Shown: positions 47,946-58,220, counted from the stretch's first letter. The stretch: 64,000 bases of DNA from Planctomycetota bacterium (GCA_038227875.1 JBBRPR010000021.1:70999-134998); one strand, 5' to 3'. Notes: generated from the sequence alone by a model not told the origin. Numbers and translations: made by a program.

Positions 47946-50204
47946 ATGTCAGGTCGCAAACTTGGGTTGGTCTTGGCAGCGCTGGCGCTGATCCAGTCCG
48001 CCGTGCTGGCTGAAGAGACCACGCCGTCCGCCGGCAACCGCATCACGGGCGGGCAGAACATCCCGGTCGTCAATTTTCCGCCGCCGGTCGGTTCGCCTCC
48101 CGTCAACAATCCGACGGTCGGTGAGATGGGCCGCAACTCCCTGGGTACATTCGACCTGGGCGTGGGCACGCTGATCGGACCGCAGCAGGTGATTTTCTCT
48201 GCGCAGACCATCACCGATCCCAACACCGGACAATTGATCAATCCCAATATCGGCACCGACCTGCGCTTCCGCCTCAACGGCGTCATCTACGCCGGCCGCG
48301 CGGTGGCGATTCATCCGACCTGGTTCGGCATTAACAATCCGCCGATTCCGGCCGAGACGCACTTCGATCTTGCAATCCTGATTCTCGCGCAGCAGGTTCC
48401 GAACACAATACCGACCCCGCTGCTCCGCAAGCCGCCCACGAATCCCTGCCTCATCGGCGGTTTCGGTTACCTCAGTGCGGCCGGTGGCTGCGGACCGGCT
48501 CAGCCAGGTCTGCTCCCTCAGCCCGGTACGATTCAGGCTGCAACCACGAACGAAATTCCGTTGCTCCGAACGCCGACGTTCTATAAGTGCACCGGCGGCG
48601 CAAACTCTCCGTATCCCCCGGGAAATGTGGTCACGGTCAATCCGCTTCCGACAGGCGGTGGCGGTGGCCCGCCGTTCCCCTTCTATGGCGACACGGGCGC
48701 GCCCTTGATGAACCTGGATCCGCTGGTCGGAACCCCGCAGGCTTGGAAGATTGCCGGCATCGCCACGTTTAACACGCCGTCCTTCACCTGCGGAAACCTT
48801 GCCACTTACGTGCGCCTGGACGTCCCGGCTGCTGTGACGTTCATCGATAGCTTCATCAATCCGTCCGCGGGCCTTCCGCCTCCGCCGCCGAAAGCGGATC
48901 TGGTGATCACCTCCGTCTCCCTGCCCGGCCAGCCGGTCGCAGGCCAGCCGTTCACCTTTACGGCTACCATCTTGAATCAGGGATCGTTGATCGCCAACGC
49001 GTTCTACGTCTCGGCCTTCCTCGACAACAACTCGTTTGTCCTCAGCAGCACCGGTCAGGCCGCTTCCGTGCAGGTCCTGGGCGGACTGTCCGCGGGCGCC
49101 TCGACCACCGTGACGCTGACGGTCACCTGGCCGAACCCGGGTAAGTTCAACCTGAAGATCCAGGCCGATCCGGATCACAACGTTGACGAAGCCGACACGC
49201 TGAACAACACCGTCATCGTTCAGGAGAAGGTGCTCGCGAAGAACATTGACCTGAACATTCCGCTGATCATCAAGCAGTCCACCGGCGGCGTAGACACCGG
49301 ATTCGTGGTCGTGATCGAAAACGACGGCCTCGGCACTGCTGGTCCGTTCAGCCTGGCGTCGTTCAGCAATCTGCTCGCGTCCCCGGATCAGGCGCTCTCG
49401 CAGGATCCGACCGCCACGCCGCTGCCTACGCCGGACCTGGGAGTCATCATCGTCCCCGGCCTGGCCGCGAACTCCTCCACGACGGTCGCCGTCAATCTGC
49501 CGAGCGGCGCGGGTTCCACGCGCAGCGGTCAGGCCTGGTTCTATGTCAATCCTCCGCAGAGCCTCGGCAATTCGCTCGTGCCGCTGGTTGAAGACGTCAC
49601 GACCAACAACACCGCCACCGCAACGTGGGGCGTCCAGACCGCCAACATTCAGTTGAACTCCGCGGTCTCCTCCACCAACACCACTGGCAACATCGGACAG
49701 ATCGGCTTCCCGGTTACCTTCACCGTGGGCGGCTCGGCCACCGACACGAACAACGGCGCTGTGCCCCTGACCTACAAGTGGGACTTCGGCGACGGCACCT
49801 CGGCCATCACCAATTCCGGCACCGTGACGCACGTTTACTCGACGCAGGGCACGTACACGGTAACGGTGACGATCTCGGCCGGGCAGTTCAGCACAGCAGT
49901 GAGCACGCTGAGCTTCAAGGCCACCACCAATCCGACCGTGACTCTCGGACCAGTCAGCGTCTCGGCCAAGAAGGGCCGCCTGGCGTTGAAGTTGCCCCGC
50001 CCCTCCATCTTCGTCAAGCAGGACCGCGTCACCAGCAAGCTGCTCCTCAGCGACGCGATCGGCGTGACGAAGTACTCGAACTTCCGCCTGTCCGGCAAGA
50101 TCACCAGCGCGGATGTGGGCAACAAGCAGTTCACCGTGAACTACATTGCCGCGAAGTCCAACAAGCAGATCGCGGTGACCTACATTCTGCAGATCGTTCC
50201 GTAA
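47946..50204 (+). CDS. Secreted protein: trypsin-like domain (degenerate) + 2 CARDB + PKD
   Basis: AGGAGG SD and signal peptide; GTLIGP, DLAIL, GDTGAPL; ADLVIT...ADP...VDEAD..NN; YKWDFGDG...HVY...GTYTV. Confidence 0.88.
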   Translation: MSGRKLGLVLAALALIQSAVLAEETTPSAGNRITGGQNIPVVNFPPPVGSPPVNNPTVGEMGRNSLGTFDLGVGTLIGPQQVIFSAQTITDPNTGQLINPNIGTDLRFRLNGVIYAGRAVAIHPTWFGINNPPIPAETHFDLAILILAQQVPNTIPTPLLRKPPTNPCLIGGFGYLSAAGGCGPAQPGLLPQPGTIQAATTNEIPLLRTPTFYKCTGGANSPYPPGNVVTVNPLPTGGGGGPPFPFYGDTGAPLMNLDPLVGTPQAWKIAGIATFNTPSFTCGNLATYVRLDVPAAVTFIDSFINPSAGLPPPPPKADLVITSVSLPGQPVAGQPFTFTATILNQGSLIANAFYVSAFLDNNSFVLSSTGQAASVQVLGGLSAGASTTVTLTVTWPNPGKFNLKIQADPDHNVDEADTLNNTVIVQEKVLAKNIDLNIPLIIKQSTGGVDTGFVVVIENDGLGTAGPFSLASFSNLLASPDQALSQDPTATPLPTPDLGVIIVPGLAANSSTTVAVNLPSGAGSTRSGQAWFYVNPPQSLGNSLVPLVEDVTTNNTATATWGVQTANIQLNSAVSSTNTTGNIGQIGFPVTFTVGGSATDTNNGAVPLTYKWDFGDGTSAITNSGTVTHVYSTQGTYTVTVTISAGQFSTAVSTLSFKATTNPTVTLGPVSVSAKKGRLALKLPRPSIFVKQDRVTSKLLLSDAIGVTKYSNFRLSGKITSADVGNKQFTVNYIAAKSNKQIAVTYILQIVP

Positions 50205-50218
50205 TAATGTCCTTCAAC

Positions 50219-50250
50219 GAGAATGGCGGAGAATACTCTCCGCCATTCTC
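50219..50250. terminator. Hairpin between convergent genes
   Basis: GAGAATGGCGGAGA...TCTCCGCCATTCTC. Confidence 0.75.
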
Positions 50251-50282
50251 ACACTTCTCTTTTCTATTGCACTGCCGCCCGT

Positions 50283-51428
50283 CTATTTCAGCCAGCGCTC
50301 AAACCACGCAAACGCTTCACTCTGCATCGCCGTGCTAAACTTGTGTCCACCCTCATAAAATGAAACGCGATAGCGCTCCGCCACGCCGGCTTTTTTGTAA
50401 ACGTCACCCAGTATCTTCCCCGCCGCTTTCATGCCCTCCAACGTATAGAGCGGATCCTGATTGGTATTGAGCACCAGCGTCGAGAGTGGCAGACGCAGCC
50501 CCAGGATCTCCGGAAAGTCCAGGTCATTGGGCAGCAACGGCACGTAGGTCATCCACGTATGCGTATACGATTTATTCAGCATAAAATCGCGCCACGTCGA
50601 CATGAAGCCGACGCATGCGCAACTGCGGATGCGGTCATCGAGCCCCGCCAGAAAGACCGTGCGCATGCCGCCGCCGGACAACCCCGCGCAGGCCAGGCGC
50701 GTGTCGTCCACTTCGGGCCGCGCCGCGAGAATCGAGAGCGCCACCTGGTCTTCACGCAGGTACACGCCCGGCCAGGTCGTGCCGGCGCAGAAGAGGCTCT
50801 TGGCCATGACCGACTCGTGTTCGCCGGCCCACTGGTTGTACTGGATGATGCTGTCGAGGTCCTCGTCGACCGGGTCGCTCATGCCGGAAGTGATCGAAGT
50901 GCGGGTCTCGCTGATTTTCACACGGCGGCTGGCGAACGGAAACGTATCATGAACGAGCACCGCGTAGCCGCGCTTGGCCGCTTCGTTGGCCCACGCCAGG
51001 CCGTCGTAGCACTCGGCGCGGTGCGCTTCGATCTGCGGGTGCACGCGCTCGCCAATCTGCGCGATCTTGCGCCAGCCGAAGTACTTTCGCCCGCCGTGAT
51101 CGTGCAGGCCCAGCACCGCCGGCAACCGCTGGCCGCGCTTCGTGTTTTTCGGCTTGAGGAACACCGCCTCTGTCGGCGGTCCCCACGGGAGCTGCCAGCT
51201 CAGCTTCTCCCACGCGAGGCCGTCGAATTCGCCACGCTCCACGACGCGAACTTTGGGCACGCGGGGCAGGGCCGGCGCGGCCAGCAGATCCCATGTCCGC
51301 TTCCGAGCCTGGCGCCGCCAGGCATTCACATTCTTGAATTTCGCCGAGCGAAAACTCAGCCGCGGCGGACTGGAGCCCACCAGGCCCGCCGCCCACGTTC
51401 CGTATGCGCCAATCAGTGATGGCTTCAT
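50283..51428 (-). CDS. Alpha/beta hydrolase (dienelactone hydrolase-like)
   Basis: LHDHGG, GLSGGG nucleophile, DPLY, GGHKF. Confidence 0.88.
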   Translation of the reverse strand: MKPSLIGAYGTWAAGLVGSSPPRLSFRSAKFKNVNAWRRQARKRTWDLLAAPALPRVPKVRVVERGEFDGLAWEKLSWQLPWGPPTEAVFLKPKNTKRGQRLPAVLGLHDHGGRKYFGWRKIAQIGERVHPQIEAHRAECYDGLAWANEAAKRGYAVLVHDTFPFASRRVKISETRTSITSGMSDPVDEDLDSIIQYNQWAGEHESVMAKSLFCAGTTWPGVYLREDQVALSILAARPEVDDTRLACAGLSGGGMRTVFLAGLDDRIRSCACVGFMSTWRDFMLNKSYTHTWMTYVPLLPNDLDFPEILGLRLPLSTLVLNTNQDPLYTLEGMKAAGKILGDVYKKAGVAERYRVSFYEGGHKFSTAMQSEAFAWFERWLK

Positions 51429-51469
51429 TTCGCGCTCCAAAATTGAGGTAAAGAAGAATGGATTCGACT

Positions 51470-52318
51470 TTACGCCGGCACGATTCGTTTTCCAGAAGTT
51501 CCGCGCGCCGCCTGGCTCCGCGCGCGTTCCCGCACGGCGCGCGGCGACCGGCCCAGCACGGCGCGGATCGTTTTGTTGAAGAGATGGAGATCCGGGATGC
51601 CCACTTCGACGGCCACCGATTTCACCGGAATGGTGGAGAACGCCAGCAGATGCCGCGCGCGTTCGACGCGCCGCTTGCGGATGTAGCCGGCGATGGTCAT
51701 CCCGTACTTCGAACGGAACAGGCGCGTCAGATGGTTGTGCGAAATTCCCAGCTCCTCGGCCAGATCCGCGACGTTCAGGGAGTCGCCCAGACGCCGTTCG
51801 ATCATCTGGCGCACGGCCTTGGCCGGATTGAGCTGCACGCGCGATTCAAGGCCGCCTTGCAACTCCGCCAGTTCCCAGAGCAAATCCCACAGGCGCACTT
51901 CCGCGCGGCGGGGCTGCGTGTCGAACCAGCCCAGCGCGTCTTCCAGCCGCCGGTACATCTCGGTGAACGAATGGGAGATATCGGCGAACGTCTGCATCGG
52001 CACGACGTCGTCGTCTGCACTTTCTGGAAACGTGAAATGCGCACAGAGATGATGCGACCGCCCGCGCCACTTGTAGACCAGGTCGGAATTCGGCGGCACC
52101 AGCGAGAATGTCCCCGGCTTGATCAGCCAATGCTGCCCGTTGACCCAGAAATCAGCCGTGTAGGTATAAAAATGGAGCGACCAGAATCCCAGCAGCTGAA
52201 AGCGCTCCAGCGGCGCATGCACGCCATGCGTATTCAGCCCCATGTGCCGAATCTGCGGGCGCAGGTGGAGCGGGACCCTCCAGGTCAAGGGCGCGCTCGG
52301 CGTGGGTGAGGAAGTCAT
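51470..52318 (-). CDS. AraC family transcriptional regulator
   Basis: LNVADLAEELGISHNHLTRLF...VGIPDLHLFNK. Confidence 0.92.
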   Translation of the reverse strand: MTSSPTPSAPLTWRVPLHLRPQIRHMGLNTHGVHAPLERFQLLGFWSLHFYTYTADFWVNGQHWLIKPGTFSLVPPNSDLVYKWRGRSHHLCAHFTFPESADDDVVPMQTFADISHSFTEMYRRLEDALGWFDTQPRRAEVRLWDLLWELAELQGGLESRVQLNPAKAVRQMIERRLGDSLNVADLAEELGISHNHLTRLFRSKYGMTIAGYIRKRRVERARHLLAFSTIPVKSVAVEVGIPDLHLFNKTIRAVLGRSPRAVRERARSQAARGTSGKRIVPA

Positions 52319-52424
52319 GGTGAAAATATACCAGCGATGGTGATTGAGGGCCATTGTGAAAGCCCGCCGTAAATCGTTAAATAGCACCAGTGAAAATGAG
52401 CCTCCCCTGGAGAACCGCCTACTC

Positions 52425-53393
52425 ATGAACGCCACGCAATCCGCGAAAGCAGAATTGACGCCCGCCCAGCTCGAACAGTTCGACCGCGACGGTTACCTCG
52501 TCGTTGAGGATGTGTTTACCGATGCCGATCTGCAGCCGGTGATCGATGAAGTCGCCGCGGAAGTCGACCGCGTGGCCCGGGAGTGTGTGGCGAGCGGCGA
52601 ACTTTCGCAGCTGTATGCCGAAGAAGGCTTCGAGACGCGCCTGGCCAGGATCAGCCGCGAAACCGACAAGGTCGCGCGCTCCGTCTGGAACGGCACGCTC
52701 GCCGGCCCGGCGTTCTTTAATCTGATCCGCAACCCGCGGCTGCTGGACGTCGCCGAACAATTCTGCGGACCGGAGCTGATCGCCAGCAGCGTCTACCGCC
52801 TGCGCCCCAAGATTCCCAATCACCGTAATAGCCCCGTGCCGTGGCATCAGGATTCCGGATACATGGAACCGTACTGCGACAAGGCGTTGGTGCTGACCGT
52901 CTGGCTGCCACTGGTTGACGCGACGGAAGAGCGCGGCTGCATGTGGGTGCTCCCCGGCGTGCACAAAGGCGACGTCGTCTGGCACGGCACGTCAACGGCA
53001 CATGGCTATCTCGAAATCGCGCCCAAGGATCTCCCGCCCGGAAAACCGATCTGCGTACCCGTGCGCAAAGGCAGCGTACTCCTGCTGACCAACCGCACAC
53101 CGCATGCAAGCTTCGATAACAAGACCGATGTCGTGCGGTGGAGCATGGACCTGCGCTACCAGAGCGCCGCGCTGCCCACCAACGCCGCGATCTCTCGGCT
53201 ACCGGGCGAATCGATCGGCAAAGTCGGTGGACCGATCCCGATCGCCTGCTATCCACCGGAAGCAGACTTCCTGATCCGCAGCACGCTCCGCCCGAACCAG
53301 GTCGTGACCGACCCCGAGGAATTCCACCGCATCCGCAAGACGCACCTGGCCCAGGGGATCACGCCGCGTTGGAAGACGGAGAAGAAGGACTGA
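52425..53393 (+). CDS. Phytanoyl-CoA dioxygenase (PhyH) family protein
   Basis: PWHQDSGY, VWLPLVDATEERGCM, TPHAS..N...RWSMDLRYQ. Confidence 0.92.
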   Translation: MNATQSAKAELTPAQLEQFDRDGYLVVEDVFTDADLQPVIDEVAAEVDRVARECVASGELSQLYAEEGFETRLARISRETDKVARSVWNGTLAGPAFFNLIRNPRLLDVAEQFCGPELIASSVYRLRPKIPNHRNSPVPWHQDSGYMEPYCDKALVLTVWLPLVDATEERGCMWVLPGVHKGDVVWHGTSTAHGYLEIAPKDLPPGKPICVPVRKGSVLLLTNRTPHASFDNKTDVVRWSMDLRYQSAALPTNAAISRLPGESIGKVGGPIPIACYPPEADFLIRSTLRPNQVVTDPEEFHRIRKTHLAQGITPRWKTEKKD

Positions 53394-53394
53394 G

Positions 53395-53569
53395 TCGAAT
53401 GTCGAATGTCGAAACAACTCACCGCTTTCAGCGGCGGTGCTTATGAGATTGGCAACTTGGACCCGCGAGGGTGGCCCACCCGATTTCAAAGAAATCGGGT
53501 GGGTGAGCGTAGCGAACAAGAACCTCGTCCGAGCGGCGAATCAGCCCGAAAACGGTCCCGAGAACAGGG
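53395..53569. repeat. Dispersed composite repeat, copy B
   Basis: GAATGTC heptamers, shared 26-bp core, hairpin CCCACCCGATTTC/GAAATCGGGTGGG, and GTCCCGAGAACA shared with copy A. Confidence 0.8.
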
Positions 53570-53577
53570 ATGGGTGT

Positions 53578-54291
53578 TCAGTTCACAGAACGCCGCGTCT
53601 CGTCCCATGACCACGCAACCACGCGAACTGGCGCGGCTCCGCCATCGATCTCAGCACGCGAAATGGGGAGCGTCTCGAGCACCACTTGAGTAACCGGCGC
53701 GTCGCCGGATTGGATGCGCATCTGCTGTTGCTGCTCCATCAAGGCATGCAATTCCGAGTCGAGTTTCGCGACCGCCAATTCCATGACGATCTCAGCTCCG
53801 GAATTTGACGGCACGACCAAGCGCACGCGGGGCAGCTTGCGTCGGTTGTAACCAGCGGGATAGAGTTGCATCGTGGCGAGCACGCGCTGGGCCGGCGTGA
53901 ACGGACCGGGAACCGCCGGCGGCGGTCCGGGAAGCGAAAGTCCGAAGTACGTGAAGAACGACAGATTGACGACCGTGAACCACGCAACTACCCCACCGGC
54001 AGTTACAAACCAGCGACCGGTCCACATTCCGTACAGCACGAGGCCCGAAAATCCAATCACCAGCAGACCGATCCAGATCGGTTTGCTCCAGTCCGTGCCG
54101 CGGGCGCAGAGCCACCAGCGGAACCAGCCGTGCCACTCCTGTTTGCGCCAGAGCTCAATGCGCGCAGCGCGTTCGGCTGGACTGGTGTCCAGGGCGCTCA
54201 GCGTTGTTGCGACGCCGCGCGCAGCCTCTTCGTAGTTGGGGCTTTGAATCAGAATTACATCTCCGGAAACTGCGCTGATGTTACTGCCCAA
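53578..54291 (-). CDS. Hypothetical membrane protein (start uncertain)
   Basis: Two hydrophobic helices; TTG start without a clear SD. Confidence 0.55.
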   Translation of the reverse strand: MGSNISAVSGDVILIQSPNYEEAARGVATTLSALDTSPAERAARIELWRKQEWHGWFRWWLCARGTDWSKPIWIGLLVIGFSGLVLYGMWTGRWFVTAGGVVAWFTVVNLSFFTYFGLSLPGPPPAVPGPFTPAQRVLATMQLYPAGYNRRKLPRVRLVVPSNSGAEIVMELAVAKLDSELHALMEQQQQMRIQSGDAPVTQVVLETLPISRAEIDGGAAPVRVVAWSWDETRRSVN

Positions 54292-54459
54292 CTTCGAAAT
54301 GAGAAGCGAGTCAACCTGCCCTCAGGCAAATCTGCTTCGGATCACCTGACCCGAAGGGCTTTTCCAGCGCGTTCAATTTTGTCCGTGAAGGAGTGGACAC
54401 GGCGGAACGTCCCGATAATGTCATGGGTTCACCCAGTTCGTACATTCTTAGGAGGAACG

Positions 54460-54756
54460 ATGTCAAAGTTTCATGCAGTAGCTTTTGCCCTGGCGATGAT
54501 GGCCCCTGTGGGCGCCTTTGCCGGCGATGGCGACAAAGTGGAAAAGAAGGAAGAGCCCAAGCCCGTCGTGGTCGAGACCAAGCCGGAACCGGCAGCCTCG
54601 TCGACCACCACCGTGGTCACCACGACCGACAGCAGCGATTCCTGCGACGTGTGCAAGAAAGGCAACAAGTTCACGCGCTTCTGGACGCACACGGTCGGCG
54701 GAAACATCGGCGGCGGCCTGAAAAAGGGCGGCAGCAAGATTTCCGGCGCCTTCTAA
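54460..54756 (+). CDS. Small secreted protein
   Basis: AGGAGG SD; signal peptide ending AFA; CDVC motif; Gly/Lys-rich tail; terminator follows. Confidence 0.8.
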   Translation: MSKFHAVAFALAMMAPVGAFAGDGDKVEKKEEPKPVVVETKPEPAASSTTTVVTTTDSSDSCDVCKKGNKFTRFWTHTVGGNIGGGLKKGGSKISGAF

Positions 54757-54783
54757 TTCCATTCCTGATGTCTGGACGTAAAG

Positions 54784-54818
54784 ATACCACTGGCTGCGTG
54801 AACCGCAGCCAGTGGTAT
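54784..54818. terminator. Bidirectional terminator hairpin
   Basis: ATACCACTGGCTGCG...CGCAGCCAGTGGTAT followed by TTT. Confidence 0.8.
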
Positions 54819-54863
54819 TTTCATCGAATCTGGTTGATGAGCCGTGCTGGAATAAACGAGCGG

Positions 54864-55076
54864 TTACTTACGGCGCGTCGGGCCTGCTCCGGCCAGCAAA
54901 TCCTTGCGCTGAGCACGGCGGGCGGCGACCAACTTCCGGCGCTTCTTGTCGCTCGGCTTTTCAAAGTGCTGATTCTGCCGGAGCTGCTTCGTAAGACCTT
55001 CCTTCTCACACGCCTTCTTGAAACGGCGGAGAAGTTTTTCCATGTTCTCGCCAGCCCTGCCTTCCACTCTGACCAC
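54864..55076 (-). CDS. rpsU: 30S ribosomal protein bS21
   Basis: EKLLRRFKKACEKEG...HFEKPSDKKRRK. Confidence 0.92.
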   Translation of the reverse strand: MVRVEGRAGENMEKLLRRFKKACEKEGLTKQLRQNQHFEKPSDKKRRKLVAARRAQRKDLLAGAGPTRRK

Positions 55077-55325
55077 GCTGAATTACCCCGCTTCCCTGAA
55101 AAAGGTTTATCCCTGCTCTGCCCCACGGGCAGCAACGTCGCACTACTGTAGCGAGCCGCTCCCCGGACGCAAGTGCTAGCTGGCTGCCTTGCTGCCTGCG
55201 GCAGAGGGGCCAGGGGTCAGGGGCCAGAGGCCAAAGTTGGGTGCGTCAGCCGATCGAAGTTCGATTGTCCGTGGTGGGTACGACGTCCGAACCAAGAGCC
55301 AGGAGCTACGAGCCAAGAGCCGCCC

Positions 55326-56438
55326 TCAAATCAACTGCAGCAGGCTGGCGGCGAGTTTGAACGACTTCTCGAACACGCGGTTGCGCCCGCGGCGGCCGAG
55401 TTCGCGGTGGAGAAGGTCGGCGAGACTCGAATCGGCGTGCGGTACTTTTCGCAGCACGGAATGTCCGGCCGGTCCATCGGTGGTCAGAATTTCCAGATGG
55501 TCCTTGTGGTCGCGCTCGACGGACAGCAGCAGCTTCTTGCTGTCGGTCGACGTCTCGATCAGGACGCGCTGAATGCTCTGGGCGGTTGGCGCGCTCTGGG
55601 GAAGCTTGACCAGTTCGGCGTCGACAAGCGCGCCTTTACGGCTGGTGAACTGCAGTTGCGCGCGCTCCATGCCCGGCACGCCGCGCACGGGCTCCCAGCC
55701 CAGTTGCGCGGCCATCCACGCCACGTACAGCAACGCGCGGAATTCGTAGCCTTCTTCCATGTCCGGCAGCGCCATGTATTCCACGCGGACGTGATTGATG
55801 TCCCAGATCTCGCGCTCAAACATACCGACGTCGAAGAAGCCGGCCAGATTCTCACGCCACGGGCGCAGCCGCGACCAGTTGAAATTGGTGAACCCCACCG
55901 TCTGCTGGTACCGCTCGAAGATGTCGGTGACCTGCAGCACCGTGTAATGCAGATTGGTCCAGCCCACGCCGTCGTAGATGAAGCGGTCGCAGAAAGTGAG
56001 CATCTGTTCGACCAGCGCGCGGTGGTGAAGGAACACGCCGCGCCACCAGAGGTAAATCGGGAGATCGGGAACCAGCAGCGGCTGCACCGCGCTGGCCAGT
56101 TCGCGCACGCTGGCCCCGGTGGCCCGCAGCGTAATCTGATCGCAGATGGCGCTCTTGCCGCTGCTGCTGACAAAGGTGTGCGGGCAGGATTCGGCTTCGA
56201 GTTTGGATTCCGAACTGCGCGGCTGGGCGAGAATCAAAATCACGCGGCAGGGATGCTTGACCACGAACTGCGAGATGGTCTCGTTGAGTTCCCGCTGATC
56301 CTCCAGGTTCTCCGTGAAGATCACCAGATTGGAAAGGCACGCCTGCGAAACGCCCTGGTCGATGGGGGTTTTCTTGACGATCTTGCCCCATTGGCTGGTC
56401 TCGTTGGCCTTGGTCACCGGTCGTGTCTTCGCGTCCAT
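55326..56438 (-). CDS. opcA: G6PDH assembly protein OpcA
   Basis: HPCRVI, ICDQITL, LLVPDLPIYLWW, NWSRLRPWR, WMAAQLGW; directly downstream of zwf. Confidence 0.9.
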   Translation of the reverse strand: MDAKTRPVTKANETSQWGKIVKKTPIDQGVSQACLSNLVIFTENLEDQRELNETISQFVVKHPCRVILILAQPRSSESKLEAESCPHTFVSSSGKSAICDQITLRATGASVRELASAVQPLLVPDLPIYLWWRGVFLHHRALVEQMLTFCDRFIYDGVGWTNLHYTVLQVTDIFERYQQTVGFTNFNWSRLRPWRENLAGFFDVGMFEREIWDINHVRVEYMALPDMEEGYEFRALLYVAWMAAQLGWEPVRGVPGMERAQLQFTSRKGALVDAELVKLPQSAPTAQSIQRVLIETSTDSKKLLLSVERDHKDHLEILTTDGPAGHSVLRKVPHADSSLADLLHRELGRRGRNRVFEKSFKLAASLLQLI

Positions 56439-56457
56439 TGAAGCCTCGTCCCTATTC

Positions 56458-57987
56458 TTATAGCCGCCGCCAGGTCCGACTGTCCTTCATCAGCAACTGT
56501 TCCGCTTCCTTCGGCCCCCACGTTCCGGCCGGATACGTCGGCATGAAACGCGCGCTGTCGTTTTTCCACTCGCTCAGAATCGGGTCGAAGAAGGTCCACG
56601 ACTGTTCGGCCTCGTCGTGGCGGATGAACAGCGTCGGGTCGCCGATCATTGTGTCGAGCAGCAGGCGCTCGTAGGCTTCCGGGGACGCGCCGCCGAATTC
56701 CGAACCGAAGCGGAAATCCATCTTCACCGACTGGATCTGCAGCGACTGTCCCGGCACTTTCGCTTCCATGCGCAGCGAGACGCCTTCGTCGGGCTGGATG
56801 CGGATGGTCAGCACGTTCATGTCGACGGGCGTTTCGCTCTCCGCCGCGTTGAAGAGAATGCCCGGCGCTTTTTTGAAGAAGATTGAGACTTCGCTGCCGG
56901 TCTTCGCCAGGCGTTTGCCGTGGCGCAGATAAAACGGCACGCCCGACCAGCGCCAGCTGTCGATGAACAACTTCACCGCCGCGAATGATTCCGTGTTCGA
57001 CGCCGGCGAGACCTTGTCCTCTTCGCGGTAGCCGGGAACCAACTCGCCGCCGAGATACCCGCGAATGTACTGCGCATGGACGGTGTTGTTCTTGACGTCG
57101 GCCCCGACGATCGGGCGCAGCGCCTGGAGCACTTTCACCTTCTCGTTGCGAATCTGTTCGGCGTTCAAGCTGATCGGCGCTTCCATGGCGACGAGCGCGA
57201 GCAACTGCATCATGTGATTCTGCATCATGTCGCGGACCGCGCCGGCTTCCTCGTAGTACGCGGCGCGGCGGCCGACGCCCAGTGTTTCGGCGACGGTGAT
57301 CTGGACATGGTCGATGAACTGATTGCGCCAGATCGGCTCGTAAATGCCGTTGGCGAAACGCAGCACCAAGATGTTCTGCACGGTTTCTTTGCCGAGGTAA
57401 TGGTCGATGCGGTAGATTTCTTTTTCGGAGAACAATTTCCGCAGATGGGAATTCAATTCGCGCGCGGAATTCAGATCGTGACCGAACGGTTTTTCGACCA
57501 CCACGCGCCGCCAGCCGCTGTTGTTGGCCACGTCGCTGTTTTTCAGCTGCGTCGTGATCGTCTCGAACATGCTCGGCGCCGTGGAGAGATAGAACAATCT
57601 GTTGCCCGAGGTGCCGCGCTGCATGTCGCACTCGGCCAATTGCGCCTTGAGCTTGGTGTACGTTTCTTCGCTGCTGAAGTCGCCGTGAATGTAGAAGATG
57701 CCTTCGGCCAGGGCGTTCCACGCGGCTTCGTTGATTGGCTTGAAGCGCGAAAATTCGATCACCGCGCGCTTCATCTCTTCGCGGAACGTGGCGGTGGTGA
57801 AGTCCTGCATCGCCACGCCGATGATGCAAAAGTACGGCGGCAGCATGCCGTCGTGAGCCAGGCTATAAAGGGCGGGCATCAGTTTTCGATGGGATAAATC
57901 ACCCGACGCGCCGAAAATAACCATGGCGCAAGGTTCGGGCACCCGTTGTCTTGGCAAACCTTCGCGTAATGGATTCATGATTGCCAC
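56458..57987 (-). CDS. zwf: Glucose-6-phosphate 1-dehydrogenase
   Basis: GASGDL, EKPFG, RIDHYLGKE, RDMMQNH, AYERLL. Confidence 0.98.
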   Translation of the reverse strand: MAIMNPLREGLPRQRVPEPCAMVIFGASGDLSHRKLMPALYSLAHDGMLPPYFCIIGVAMQDFTTATFREEMKRAVIEFSRFKPINEAAWNALAEGIFYIHGDFSSEETYTKLKAQLAECDMQRGTSGNRLFYLSTAPSMFETITTQLKNSDVANNSGWRRVVVEKPFGHDLNSARELNSHLRKLFSEKEIYRIDHYLGKETVQNILVLRFANGIYEPIWRNQFIDHVQITVAETLGVGRRAAYYEEAGAVRDMMQNHMMQLLALVAMEAPISLNAEQIRNEKVKVLQALRPIVGADVKNNTVHAQYIRGYLGGELVPGYREEDKVSPASNTESFAAVKLFIDSWRWSGVPFYLRHGKRLAKTGSEVSIFFKKAPGILFNAAESETPVDMNVLTIRIQPDEGVSLRMEAKVPGQSLQIQSVKMDFRFGSEFGGASPEAYERLLLDTMIGDPTLFIRHDEAEQSWTFFDPILSEWKNDSARFMPTYPAGTWGPKEAEQLLMKDSRTWRRL

Positions 57988-58220
57988 GTCTATATCCTTA
58001 AAGCGGAGCCGACAACCTCTATTACGCAAATTTTAGATTGCCAACAGGGGATTCACGCACGCCGTGCAAAAAAGGAGTTTCGCTCAAACTTTGCGGCTTT
58101 CCAGCGTCAAACTGAGTCGGAAGGCTGGACTTCCGGGCTGAAAAACGTAAAGTTATGCGGCCCATTCAAGAGCTTTATCGGGTTGCTAACGCGGTACTGT
58201 AGAATCTTTTAGAGGAAAAT

